Part shown: positions 1-8,884 of the stretch, in pieces
Numbering within the stretch: the stretch's first letter is position 1
How the letters are laid out: every line of letters begins with the position of its first letter
NCBI GenBank assembly: GCA_018001225.1
Contig: JAGNIJ010000017.1
Location: 10,688-74,687 of the forward strand
DNA: 64,000 bases
From: Kiritimatiellia bacterium
Lineage (GTDB): Bacteria; Verrucomicrobiota; Kiritimatiellia; CAIQIC01; JAGNIJ01
Direction: 5' to 3'
Position numbers and translations under genes: made by a program
The notes under the pieces: model-generated
Seen by the model: only the letters and a program-made list of their open reading frames with translations
Databases searched by the model: none
Told to the model about the DNA's origin: nothing

Positions 1-76
1 AAGTCGCGGCGGGAGAAAAACCGGCCGACAGGCCCATCACAAAGGCCACAATAATCGAGCGTGTTATGGCTTTCAT
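1..76 (-). CDS. N-terminal fragment of a signal-peptide protein; the gene continues beyond the window start
   Basis: Minus-strand ATG at 74-76 with a GGGAGG RBS just upstream. The peptide MKAITRSIIVAFVMGLSAGFSPAAT is signal-peptide-like. Only about 25 codons are visible. Confidence 0.3.
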   Translation of the reverse strand, partial: MKAITRSIIVAFVMGLSAGFSPAAT

Positions 77-172
77 GGACGCCTCCCGCATGTCCGGCTG
101 AAAGCACCTCCCCACATCAGTTAACGGCGTTCTGCCCGAGGACTCAAGTTGGAAATGAAGGCACCCAAGACG

Positions 173-1060
173 TCACAGGTCTGCCCGCCCGGTGATCCGG
201 CGGTAGGCCTCGAGGTATTTCTCGCGCGTCTTCCGCACGACGTCATCTGGCAGGGGCGGGGCGGGGGGGGTCTTGTCCCACGCGAGCGTTTCGAGGTAGT
301 CGCGGACGTACTGCTTGTCGAAGGACGGCGGCGAGATGCCGGGGGCGTAGGAGTCCGCCGGCCAGAACCGGGAGCTGTCCGGCGTGAAGAGCTCGTCGAT
401 CAGGATCAGTTTGCCGCCGTCGAGCCCGAACTCGAACTTGGTGTCGGCGATGATGATCCCCCGTGTCCGCGCGTGCTCCGCGGCATGGGCGTAGAGGGCC
501 AGCGACACAGAGCGCAGCCGCGCGGCGAGATCGGGGCCGATCATCCGGCCGACCTCCTCGAATGGAATGTTCTCGTCGTGGCCGGTGTCGGCCTTGCGGG
601 CGGGCGTGAAGATCGGCGCGTCGAGCCGGTCGGCCAGCCGGTAGCCGGGGCGCAGGGGCAGGCCGCAGACGGCGCCCGTGGCCTGGTAGTCCTTCCAGCC
701 GGACCCGATCAGGTAGCCGCGGACGACGCACTCGACGGGAAGCGGCTTGGCCTTCCGGACCAGCATGGAGCGGCCGCGCAGGAGATCCTCGAAGGCCCGC
801 AGCGATTCCGGGAATGCGCGGGGCTCGAGGGCGATCACGTGGTTCGGCACGATGGCGGCGGTGCGCTCGAACCACCACGCGGAGAGCCGGTTGAGCACCT
901 CGCCCTTCTGCGGGATGCCGGTCGGCAGGATGCAGTCGAAGGCGGAGATCCGGTCCGTGGCGACCATGAGCAGCCGGTCGTCGAGGTCGAAGACCTCGCG
1001 CACCTTGCCGCTGCGGAGCTTCGGGATGCCGGGGAGGTCGAGGGTGGTGAGGACTGGCAT
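173..1060 (-). CDS. purC: Phosphoribosylaminoimidazole-succinocarboxamide synthase (SAICAR synthetase)
   Basis: 295-aa product MPVLTTLDLPGIPKLRSGKVREVFDL...IIIADTKFEFG...LIDELFTPDSSRFW carries the PurC signature. Start ATG at 1058-1060. The rest of the 526-aa track ORF upstream is a high-GC read-through. Confidence 0.95.
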   Translation of the reverse strand: MPVLTTLDLPGIPKLRSGKVREVFDLDDRLLMVATDRISAFDCILPTGIPQKGEVLNRLSAWWFERTAAIVPNHVIALEPRAFPESLRAFEDLLRGRSMLVRKAKPLPVECVVRGYLIGSGWKDYQATGAVCGLPLRPGYRLADRLDAPIFTPARKADTGHDENIPFEEVGRMIGPDLAARLRSVSLALYAHAAEHARTRGIIIADTKFEFGLDGGKLILIDELFTPDSSRFWPADSYAPGISPPSFDKQYVRDYLETLAWDKTPPAPPLPDDVVRKTREKYLEAYRRITGRADL

Positions 1061-1110
1061 ATCGGGATCTCCGTGGTATGCGGGGCGGGGGCGCCCCGCC
1101 TCCATTGTCC

Positions 1111-2622
1111 TTACAGGTTCCGCAGCCACTCCACGAGCAGGCGCGCGCCGAACATGGTCGGGCCGGCCGGGGCATAAGGTTTCGCGCTCTCCTCGTACGC
1201 GGTATTCGCGATGTCCAGGTGCGCCCACGGGATGGACTCGGGGACGAAGTGCCGGAGGAACGTGCCGCCGATGATCGTGCCCGCGCCGCGGTCGCCGATG
1301 TTCTTCAGGTCGGAGAAGGCACCCTTGATGTCCTCGTCGTATTCCGGCAGCAGGGGGAGGGGCCAGAGCCGCTCGCCCGACGCCTCGCCGGCTTCGATCA
1401 ACCGGTCGACCAGGTTCCCGTTGTTGCCCATGACGGCGGAAAGGACGTAGCCCAGCGCGACGATGGACGCGCCGGTCAGCGTGGCGAGGTCCACGATGGC
1501 GGCGGGTTTGTACTCGGCCGCCAGCGAGAGCGCGTCGGCCAGCAGGAGGCGCCCCTCGGCGTCCGTGTTGAGGATCTCGATGGTCTTGCCCGAGTAGGCG
1601 CGGACGATGTCGCCGGGTCGGGTGGCGTCGCCGCCGGGCATGTTCTCGGCCGCGGGCAGCAGGCCGATGACGGGCCGCGGCAGGCGGAGCCGCGCGGCCA
1701 TGAGGACGGCGGCGAGCACGGCCATGCCGCCGCACTTGTCGTACTTCATCCACTCCATGCCCTTGCCGGACTTGATGGAGATGCCGCCCGTGTCGAAGGT
1801 GACGGTCTTGCCGACGAGGACGACGGGCTTGAGTTTGGAATTCGTGCCGCCGTAGCGGAGGATGATCAGGCGGGGTTCGTGCCGGCTGCCGCGGCCGACG
1901 GCGAGGAGGGCGCGGCAGCCCTTGCGCTGGAGCGCGGCCTTGTCGAGGGCGCGGCAGGAGACCTTGTACTTGCGTCCGAGCGCGCGGGCCGCGTCGGCGA
2001 GGGCGGCGGGCGGGGCCTCGTTGGCCGGGAGGTTGGCGAGATCGCGCACCTCCCGCAGCGCCTCGCCGGCCGCGACCTCATCCGCGAGCCGCCGCGCCAG
2101 GCCGGGCGAGCGCGGGGCGTCGGTGAAGACCAGGTCGGGCATCCGGCGCTCGGGCCCGTCTTCGTCGTCCGAGAGGTAGCGGGTGAACGCGTAGTGGCCG
2201 TAGGGCAGCGCGGCCGCGAGGTGCCCGGCCAGGAGTTCCGGCGCGAGCGGCAGGCCCGGCGCGCGGAGCGAGAAGGCCAGGGTCGAGAGGCGGTGCTTGC
2301 GGAGCGTGCGCGCCGCGGCGGCCGCCGCCTGCCGGAAGCGGGCGATGTTAAAGTCCTTTTTCTTCCCGAGCCCCGCCAGCACGATCGCGCGCGCGGGCAG
2401 CGATTCCCAGGAAGAGATCACGACGACCTGGTTCAGCCGCCCGGTGAAATGGTGGCGGGCGCGCCAGTCCCGGATCATGCGGTCGAGCCGCCGAGCGACC
2501 GGGTCGCCGCCCGGGACGGAGAGCAGCTCGTCCTGGAACGCGAAGAGCAGCCAGCCGTCGGCGGCCTGGCGGACGAGGGGCGCGGGGACGAGGCGTATTT
2601 TCATGGGGGTGTTCAGCGGCAT
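1111..2622 (-). CDS. pepA: Leucyl aminopeptidase (M17 family); the start is possibly the second Met at 2604
   Basis: Motifs VGKTVTFDTGGISIKSGKGMEWMKYDKCGGMA and NTDAEGRLLLADAL are the M17 catalytic-domain signature. Length about 500 aa. Confidence 0.9.
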   Translation of the reverse strand: MPLNTPMKIRLVPAPLVRQAADGWLLFAFQDELLSVPGGDPVARRLDRMIRDWRARHHFTGRLNQVVVISSWESLPARAIVLAGLGKKKDFNIARFRQAAAAAARTLRKHRLSTLAFSLRAPGLPLAPELLAGHLAAALPYGHYAFTRYLSDDEDGPERRMPDLVFTDAPRSPGLARRLADEVAAGEALREVRDLANLPANEAPPAALADAARALGRKYKVSCRALDKAALQRKGCRALLAVGRGSRHEPRLIILRYGGTNSKLKPVVLVGKTVTFDTGGISIKSGKGMEWMKYDKCGGMAVLAAVLMAARLRLPRPVIGLLPAAENMPGGDATRPGDIVRAYSGKTIEILNTDAEGRLLLADALSLAAEYKPAAIVDLATLTGASIVALGYVLSAVMGNNGNLVDRLIEAGEASGERLWPLPLLPEYDEDIKGAFSDLKNIGDRGAGTIIGGTFLRHFVPESIPWAHLDIANTAYEESAKPYAPAGPTMFGARLLVEWLRNL

Positions 2623-2954
2623 TCGGGCGGCAGTTTCGCCCGGGCGTCCGGCCGGCCCGGCTTGTCATTCGCGTCAAACCCCGCGGCGGTCAGGTGGTAC
2701 TCGATGTTGACGATGCCCATCTTGAGCCCGTCGTACCGGACGAAGATGCGCCGCTGGTCCACGTCGATCTCCACCTGCTCGATGCCGTCCACCTTTTTGA
2801 ACGCGTCCTCGACGATCCGGGCGCATTCCGGGGAGCCCATCTGGGGGACCTTGATCTCCAGGGTCCGGATGTCCTGGCGGGCGCAACCTGCGCCCAGGGT
2901 GGCCCAAACGGCCAGCATGGGAAAAAGCCCTATACAGAATTTGCTCTTGGTCAT
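2613..2954 (-). CDS. Heavy-metal-associated (HMA) domain lipoprotein
   Basis: Lipoprotein signal MTKSKFCIGLFPMLAVWATLGAGC. The ferredoxin-like HMA fold pattern is EIKVPQMGSPECARIVEDAFKKVDGIEQVEIDVDQRRIFVRYD. Start ATG at 2952-2954. Only one Cys sits in the metal-binding loop, so the motif is a variant. Confidence 0.6.
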   Translation of the reverse strand: MTKSKFCIGLFPMLAVWATLGAGCARQDIRTLEIKVPQMGSPECARIVEDAFKKVDGIEQVEIDVDQRRIFVRYDGLKMGIVNIEYHLTAAGFDANDKPGRPDARAKLPPECR

Positions 2955-3300
2955 AATATATATCCGCAAGGATGTTCGAGGCCCTGATAATAGGGCATGA
3001 AATCCCGGCCCGTCAAATGCGGGCGCAGTTTTTTTTCTTTGAACACTTGAAATCGGCGAGAGTCTAAGTATATTGATTTTGAAGGGCGGATGTGCGTTCA
3101 CCTATGGGGTTCCTCACCCCGACCTCCTTGGCGCGCAACGCCCTTCTTTCTTTTATCGGTTTGGAGGACCCCCGCGGCCTTGTGCCGCGGGTGAATACGT
3201 CCGGTGGCTGGAGTGCGTCGGCCGATGAGCTTCCTCCCCTGCCGCGCAAGGCGGCAGGGGCCGGGGCCGGCTGGAGTCAGGCCGCCACCCCCGTTCCTTC

Positions 3301-5490
3301 TTACTCCCCGGGGCCGGCCGGCAGGCCGGTCGCCGACGCGGGGTCGGAGCCCGGGGCGAGGAGTTGCATGGCGGCCCTCGCCCGGGATACCAGTTGCGGG
3401 TGCCGCTCGTCGTACTTTTCCGCGAACGCCTGGAAGGCGAGGAAGGCCTCGTTGGTGTGCCCGCGCAGGTAGAGGGCGACCGCGAAGTTCAGGGAGGCGA
3501 TCGGGTGCGCGTCGGGCGCGGCGACCAGCCGCCGGTAGCGGTTCTCGGCCTCTTCCAGTTCGCCGCGCTTGAGCAGGGTGTTGGCCAGCAGCAGTTCCAC
3601 GGTGGGCAGACGGCGACCGCTGGCGAGAATCTTTTCGTACAGCTCCTGCGCCTCGTCGTACCGGCCTTCCTGGTGATAGCGCGTCGCCAGGCCCGTCCAG
3701 GCCGATAGCGTGCCCTCGGGCGGCGCGGTCTTCGAGAGGAAGAGCACGGCGACGGTCGTGAGGCCCAGCGCCAGCAGGCCGACCGCGCCCGAGAGGATCA
3801 CGGAACGGTAACGATCGAGCAGGGCGACGAACGGGGACACGGGCTGGGCGGCGGCGGACTCCTCCGCCCGGGGCGCGCTCAACAGGACGGCCAGCGCCAC
3901 GGCGGCCGGGGTGGCGTGCCGCGGAGCCCCGTCCGGCTCATCCAGCCGGTCCGGCAAGCGGCCGGACTCGCCGTACAGGTCGGCCACCGTCGCGGACAGC
4001 GTCCGCGCCAGAGCCCGCCGCTCGTCCTCGGCGCCCGCGCGCCGCAGGGCCTCGAGCAGCAGGACCTGGTACAAGGCCTGGACCGGCGGCGGCTCGGGGT
4101 CGCCTTCCCAGTGCGCCCAGGCCGGTGCGCCGGCCGGCCCGCCGAACGCGGCCGGATCCCGGAGCGCCTGGAGAATGGCTAGCCGCTGCTCGGCGCGCAG
4201 GCCGGGGACCCGGATCGGCAGCAGGGCGGACAGCGTCGGGCGCTCGATGACGGCCCCCTTGATATACCGGCTGGTGAAGACGCCCCGACGCTCGTCCCAC
4301 AGCGTGTTTTGCAGGGCGTCTTTCAAGCGCTGGATTTCCGCCTGCCAGGTGGCCTCGTCCCCCGCCGTGGTGACGCAGGCGCGGGCGAGATGGAGATAGG
4401 CCTCGATCTCGCAGAGGAGAAAGGCGGCGAGGTCCGGCGAGGCCAGCCCCGCGTCGAACGTGTCCGGGACCAGGGCCTCGTCCGCCGACTGCCAGCACGG
4501 CGGGCCGGTCTGCGCGGGATCGTAGTGCCGGCAGGCCCAGCGCAGATAGCGGCGGAGGCGGGGCGCGGCGAAATCCGGGAAACCCGGTTCGCGGCGCGCA
4601 CGCCAGGCCTGCTCCGCCGCCTGCGCGACCAGCGGCAGCGCCGCCGGCGCGTTCTCGCCGGAGGATTCGGGCGAGACCCACGCCGGGATCCGGCCGTCCG
4701 GCTGCTGGCAGGACAACGCGCATTTCACCAGGTCCTCCGCCACCGCGGGGTCCACCGCGGACCAGGCGAGGACCATCGGGTACAGGTGGCGGAGGCTGAA
4801 CTGCGGCGGGCCGGCGGGATCCTGCGCCATCCATCGGAACGGCAGCGCGCCCTGCGGCGGGCGCAGCCGGGCGAAGAGAAACTCGACCGCGACATGGCCG
4901 ATCGCGGGATCGAGCCCGCGGGGATTCCGGTCGGCCCAGAACGGCGCGCGGCTCGCGCGCTCCGCGGCGAACAGGTCCTCGAATTTCAACTCGAGCCCGC
5001 GCCGGGCGCGCTCCGCGGCCTCCGCGTGTCCGGCCTGCGTTTCCACCGCCAGGCAGAAGCGCGTGCCAGGGCCGGCCGGTTCCTGGATGAGCGCCACGTG
5101 CTGCCCGTTCGCCTCGAGCCAGGTCATCGGGCCGGCGGTGCGGATTTCCGACGCGGCGCAGAACAGGGTGGGGGCGAGGCGCGGCCCCAGGCGCCCGCAC
5201 AGCAGGCCCGGTTCGGCCACGTAGACCGCCGCCGCGGCCGCCGGATCCCTGGCGAAGCGAAGAAGGAATCCGCAGGCGTACAGCACCGACGAGGCAGGCC
5301 CGATTTCCTCCGGGCATTCCAGGTGCAGGCTCCAACCCGGAGGCTCCGAATCCGGTCCGACGGAACCCGGTTGGTTCATGGCGTGGAAGCGGGGGCCGGG
5401 CCGCTCTCCGCGGGCGGCCGCGGGCGGGCTCCATTCCCAGCCGCTGATCCACGGGCCGGTCGGCGAGGCGCTGGTGTCCGGATCGATCAC
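3301..5490 (-). CDS. Six-hairpin (alpha/alpha)6 glycosidase-like domain protein with a C-terminal TM helix and TPR repeats; function uncertain. The GTG start at 5490 has an alternative ATG at 5379.
   Basis: N-terminal 520 aa has motifs WDERRGVF and YQVLLLEALRRAG, suggesting a GH63/GH37-like barrel. A hydrophobic segment AVGLLALGLTTVAVLFL is followed by TPR-like repeats YDEAQELYEKIL...LEEAENRYRRL. Confidence 0.45.
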   Translation of the reverse strand: MIDPDTSASPTGPWISGWEWSPPAAARGERPGPRFHAMNQPGSVGPDSEPPGWSLHLECPEEIGPASSVLYACGFLLRFARDPAAAAAVYVAEPGLLCGRLGPRLAPTLFCAASEIRTAGPMTWLEANGQHVALIQEPAGPGTRFCLAVETQAGHAEAAERARRGLELKFEDLFAAERASRAPFWADRNPRGLDPAIGHVAVEFLFARLRPPQGALPFRWMAQDPAGPPQFSLRHLYPMVLAWSAVDPAVAEDLVKCALSCQQPDGRIPAWVSPESSGENAPAALPLVAQAAEQAWRARREPGFPDFAAPRLRRYLRWACRHYDPAQTGPPCWQSADEALVPDTFDAGLASPDLAAFLLCEIEAYLHLARACVTTAGDEATWQAEIQRLKDALQNTLWDERRGVFTSRYIKGAVIERPTLSALLPIRVPGLRAEQRLAILQALRDPAAFGGPAGAPAWAHWEGDPEPPPVQALYQVLLLEALRRAGAEDERRALARTLSATVADLYGESGRLPDRLDEPDGAPRHATPAAVALAVLLSAPRAEESAAAQPVSPFVALLDRYRSVILSGAVGLLALGLTTVAVLFLSKTAPPEGTLSAWTGLATRYHQEGRYDEAQELYEKILASGRRLPTVELLLANTLLKRGELEEAENRYRRLVAAPDAHPIASLNFAVALYLRGHTNEAFLAFQAFAEKYDERHPQLVSRARAAMQLLAPGSDPASATGLPAGPGE

Positions 5491-5568
5491 GCGGACATTC
5501 TTATACCGGCCCTCCCGTCTGACAAGTACGGTTTGCGCGGCCTGCGCCTGAATCTTGACCGCAGGAGC

Positions 5569-5615
5569 GTGACACGGCCGTCTCGGCCGTGAACGGAACG
5601 GGCGAGACCCGCCCG
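5569..5615 (+). repeat. GC-rich dyad element, family copy B: GTGA-CACGGCCG-TCTC-GGCCGTG then CGGGCG-AGACC-CGCCCG
   Basis: Two adjacent perfect inverted repeats read directly. It shares the GTGAC-R-CGGSCG-TCYC-GSCCGTG core with 15195-15241 and 35553-35576. It lies about 130 nt upstream of a sigma70-like promoter. Confidence 0.4.
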
Positions 5616-5698
5616 CCGGCGGGCAGGCCGCCCGTGTCGCCTTTCATCCGATCAGGTTGAACGGCCTTGCATGCTGAAGATTCAGGCGGCCTGCGCGA

Positions 5699-5727
5699 TT
5701 GATTCGCGGGGCGGTCTCGGCTAGAGT
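5699..5727 (+). promoter_or_regulatory. Candidate sigma70-type promoter: TTGATT, 17-nt spacer, TAGAGT
   Basis: -35 TTGATT at 5699-5704 and -10 TAGAGT at 5722-5727. It sits 44 nt upstream of the SH3 gene ATG, with a GGAGAG RBS at 5757-5762. Confidence 0.35.
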
Positions 5728-5770
5728 GCGGCGGGATGGACGGGATCGCGGGGACACGGAGAGTAAAGTT

Positions 5771-6679
5771 ATGAAGCGCCTTTTGTGCATGGTGATCGCG
5801 GGAGTCCTGGCGTCGGGCGCGGCGCGCGCCGAGACCGTCCGCGTGGTCGGGCAGCGGGTCAACCTGCGCGCCCGCGCCGACCTCAAGGCCGAGGTCGTCG
5901 GGCAGGTGGCCGACGGCGAACTGCTGGAGGCGCGCTCGACCCGCGAGGACTGGGTGGAGATCGCGCCTCCGGAGTCGGTGGACCTGTGGGTGCACAAGGA
6001 TTTCGTCCAGGGCGGCAAGGTGGCGGCCACGGAACTGAAGGTACGCGCCGGCCCCGGCATCAACTACACGGTCGTCGCCAATCTTCCGCGCGGCGCCGCG
6101 GTCACCGTCCGGGGCGAATTCACGGACTGGCTGAAGATCGCGCCGCCGCCCGCGGCCTCGCTGTGGGTCAGCCGCGGTTACGTCGAGCCCGCGGGCGCGC
6201 CGAGGCCGGCGCCCCCGCCGGCGGTTCCACCCTCCGCGGCGTCGGTCGAAGAACCGGCCGCGCCGAGTTCCATTCCGCCGCCCCCGCCCGTGGTGCCGTC
6301 CGCCTCCCGCCCGCGGCCGCCGCCCGCGGCGGGGACCGTGGTGAGCCAGCGCGTCGTGCGCGTGCAGACGGGCCGCGAGCCGGTGGTGCGTCCGCCGCCC
6401 GCGGGGCTTGATCTGATCCCGTTCGAGGGGCAGGGCCGCGCGGTGCAGCAGGACGGCGTTCTCAAGCGCGCGCGCCAGTTGCTGCGCGGGCCCGCGCGCT
6501 TCCGGCTCGTGGCCGTCGGCGATGGCCTGGCGACGCTGTGCTACGTGCAAGGGAACGACGACCAGTTGCGGAGTTTCGAAGGGCGCCGGCTGTTGATTCG
6601 CGGCCGCGAATACTGGGCGCGCGGGGTCCAGTACCCGGTGGTCGTGCCGGACCAGATCATTCCGAAGGCGGGGCCCTGA
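5771..6679 (+). CDS. Secreted bacterial SH3 (SH3b) domain protein with a Pro-rich linker
   Basis: Signal peptide MKRLLCMVIAGVLASGAARA. Two SH3_3-like modules (VNLRARADLKAEVVGQVADGELLEAR...WVEIA and ELKVRAGPGINYTVVANLPRGAAVTVRGEFTDWLKIA). A PAPPPAVPP linker follows. Confidence 0.7.
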   Translation: MKRLLCMVIAGVLASGAARAETVRVVGQRVNLRARADLKAEVVGQVADGELLEARSTREDWVEIAPPESVDLWVHKDFVQGGKVAATELKVRAGPGINYTVVANLPRGAAVTVRGEFTDWLKIAPPPAASLWVSRGYVEPAGAPRPAPPPAVPPSAASVEEPAAPSSIPPPPPVVPSASRPRPPPAAGTVVSQRVVRVQTGREPVVRPPPAGLDLIPFEGQGRAVQQDGVLKRARQLLRGPARFRLVAVGDGLATLCYVQGNDDQLRSFEGRRLLIRGREYWARGVQYPVVVPDQIIPKAGP

Positions 6680-6719
6680 TCGCGGCGGCGCGCCGCCGGG
6701 AAAAGGAGACGAGCATCGC

Positions 6720-8360
6720 GTGCCGGGATTGAACCAGTTGCACCGGTGGTCCATTCACCGGCTGCTCCGGTGGCTGCTGCCGCTGGTCATGATGATCGGC
6801 GTGCTGGCCGCGCTCCTCGCGGAGCGGCGGGCGGCGGGCGGCTCGGTCTTCGTGTCCGACCGCGCCTACGCCGACATGGCCGTCGCCCGCACGCTGGTGC
6901 TCGACGGCACCTACGGTCTGCAGCCGGGCGCGCCGTGCCCGGCGGTGCGCGACACGCTCTGGCGGCTGGCCCTCGCGGCCGCGGGCTGGCTCGTCGGCAG
7001 CGTCCGCGTCGCCGCCCTGCTGCTGGCCACGGTCTGCGCGATCGGGACCCTGCTGCTTATTCTCCGGCTGGCCCGGCTGCTGTTCCCGTTCCCGCCGTTC
7101 ATCCTCTATGCCGCCGTGCTGCTGATCGCGGCGCCCGGCCTCCTGACGAACGCGCTGTCCGGGACGTCGCTGCCCCTGGCCACGCTCCTGGCGACGGCGG
7201 CCTGCCTCCTGCACGTCGAGGGCCTGCGCGACCGGCGGCCCGTGCTGTCGTTCGGCTGCGCGCTCCTCGTCGGGTTGCTGGCGTGGATCCGGCTGGAATT
7301 CGTGCTGCTCTGGATCGTCTTCTGGGCGCAGGCGGCGCTGCGGATCACGCCGGACGGGCCCGGGAAGGGCCGGCGCGCCGCGGCGATGGTCAAGGGGCTC
7401 ACCGGGCTGCTGCTGCTGGCGGTGCTGCTGCTGCCGCTCTTTGCCTGGAACCTGCACTGGCTGGGCGTGGCGTGGCCGCAGGCGGCGGGCGCGCCCATGA
7501 CCCTGAACGCATGGGCGGACCGGCCGCTCGGCGAGGCGGCGGAGCGGCAGATCGTCTTTTCGCTCCGCACGCTGCCCGCGCTGTTCGGCTCCGCGTCGGG
7601 CGTTCCGCTGCTGCAGGGGTTCGCGGGTCGGCTGTTCGCCTGGTTCGGCGCGGGCCTGCTGGTCGTGCTGACCCTGCGGCGCGGGGAGGAATACCCGTTC
7701 CTGCTCGTGCCGTTGCTGCTGGTCCTGCTGCCGGCGGGCCTGGCGTTGCTCTATCCTTATATGGGCGCGGATTCGGCGCCCGTCGTCCTGGGCGCCATGG
7801 GGCCGCTGTTCCTGCTGGCCGCCGCGTTCGGAATATTCCGGCTGCCCTTCGCGGTGGAGAACCTCTACCGCAAGTGGAAGGCGGGACTGCCCGAGGCGAC
7901 GGGCTTCGACATATGGTGGACCGCCGTCGGCGGGCTGCTCCTGCTGTGGGCGCTCGTGGGCATGGGGCGGTTCGCGGCCCGGACCGCCGTGGAACGGGCG
8001 GACCGGGTCCAGGCCCGGCAGTTCATCTCCGACACGCTGGTCTCCGGCCGGGTGCGCGCCGGCCGGATTCTCACCGACGCGCCGGGCTGGCTGGCCTTCA
8101 CGCACGCCGTGCCCGTGGCCGATCTCGGCGGCGAGTTCACGCCGGCCCTCCTGCCCGCCCTGCGGCCCGACGGCCGCTGGCGGCGCGAGGGCCTGGCGGA
8201 ATACCTGCTGGAACAGCCGGCCGACCTGCTGATCCTCTGGCGCGGGGGGCAGGAGGAACTCACGGGGTGGTTGGGCGGCGCGGAGTTGAATCCGCCCCCG
8301 CTGCGCCGGCTCCCTCCGCCGGTGGTCCGGCAGCTCGGGCCGCTTCCCGGTGCTTCCTGA
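6720..8360 (+). CDS. Polytopic inner-membrane protein, GT-C-like (ArnT/PMT-type glycosyltransferase fold suspected)
   Basis: GTG start preceded by an AAGGAGA RBS. More than ten hydrophobic helices, then a roughly 150-aa C-terminal soluble domain. No catalytic motif could be verified by eye. Confidence 0.5.
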   Translation: MPGLNQLHRWSIHRLLRWLLPLVMMIGVLAALLAERRAAGGSVFVSDRAYADMAVARTLVLDGTYGLQPGAPCPAVRDTLWRLALAAAGWLVGSVRVAALLLATVCAIGTLLLILRLARLLFPFPPFILYAAVLLIAAPGLLTNALSGTSLPLATLLATAACLLHVEGLRDRRPVLSFGCALLVGLLAWIRLEFVLLWIVFWAQAALRITPDGPGKGRRAAAMVKGLTGLLLLAVLLLPLFAWNLHWLGVAWPQAAGAPMTLNAWADRPLGEAAERQIVFSLRTLPALFGSASGVPLLQGFAGRLFAWFGAGLLVVLTLRRGEEYPFLLVPLLLVLLPAGLALLYPYMGADSAPVVLGAMGPLFLLAAAFGIFRLPFAVENLYRKWKAGLPEATGFDIWWTAVGGLLLLWALVGMGRFAARTAVERADRVQARQFISDTLVSGRVRAGRILTDAPGWLAFTHAVPVADLGGEFTPALLPALRPDGRWRREGLAEYLLEQPADLLILWRGGQEELTGWLGGAELNPPPLRRLPPPVVRQLGPLPGAS

Positions 8361-8772
8361 AAAAATCCTGCAGCAGGGCGCGGCACTCCTCCTCGAGCAC
8401 CCCGCCTTCGTACTCCACGCGGTGATTCAGCCGGGGGTTCTGGAATATCTGGAAGAGCGAGACCGCGCCGCCCCGGGCGGGGTCGGCCACGCCCCACACG
8501 ACCCGCGGGATGCGCGCCAGGACGATCGCCCCCGCGCACATGGGGCAGGGCTCCTTGGTCACGTAGAGGACCGTGCCGGCGAGCCGCCAGTCCTGCAGCG
8601 CGGCGGCCGCCTGCGTGATCGCGAGGATCTCCGCGTGGGCGGTCGGATCCTTGAGCAACTCGACCTGGTTGTGCGCCTGGGCGATCAACTGCCCGTCGCG
8701 CGCGATCACGGCGCCCACGGGCACCTCCTCGAGGTCGGCGGCCCGGCGCGCCTGCCGAAGCGCCGCGCGCAT
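8260..8772 (-). CDS. tadA: tRNA-specific adenosine deaminase
   Basis: HAEILAI and PCPMCAGAI carry the CDA zinc-binding motifs (H-A-E and PC-x2-C). Start ATG at 8770-8772. A low-complexity C-terminal tail overlaps the 3' end of the convergent membrane-protein gene by about 100 nt. Confidence 0.85.
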   Translation of the reverse strand: MRAALRQARRAADLEEVPVGAVIARDGQLIAQAHNQVELLKDPTAHAEILAITQAAAALQDWRLAGTVLYVTKEPCPMCAGAIVLARIPRVVWGVADPARGGAVSLFQIFQNPRLNHRVEYEGGVLEEECRALLQDFFRKHREAARAAGPPAEGAGAAGADSTPRRPTTP

Positions 8773-8884
8773 GAAGCGCTCGTGCGGCGGCGAGGCCGGT
8801 ATCTCGGGTTGTGTTTCGTTCACCGCGCGAATCTGGCTCAACGGCCTTTTACGCTCAAGCCCGAAAGCGGTATTCTTTTCTGCG

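Noticed and set aside
149-1177. 342-aa plus-strand ORF (and the 310-aa minus-strand frame at 243-1175) overlapping purC
   Set aside because: Antisense or alternate frames of a clearly identified purC. Arg/Gly/Pro/Ala-rich composition typical of non-coding frames in about 70% GC DNA. No motifs.
3170-3260. Two strong GC hairpins (CCCGCGGC-CTTGT-GCCGCGGG and CCCCTGCCGC-GCAAG-GCGGCAGGGG) considered as terminators for the glycosidase-like gene
   Set aside because: Neither is followed by a U-tract on the transcribed (minus) strand. They were left as unexplained structure and not called as features.
6746-8425. 559-aa alternate plus frame and 482-aa minus frame (6657-8105) over the membrane-protein gene
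   Set aside because: The hydrophobic multi-helix frame starting at GTG 6720 with an AAGGAGA RBS is the only one with protein-like character. The others are Arg/Pro/Gly-rich.
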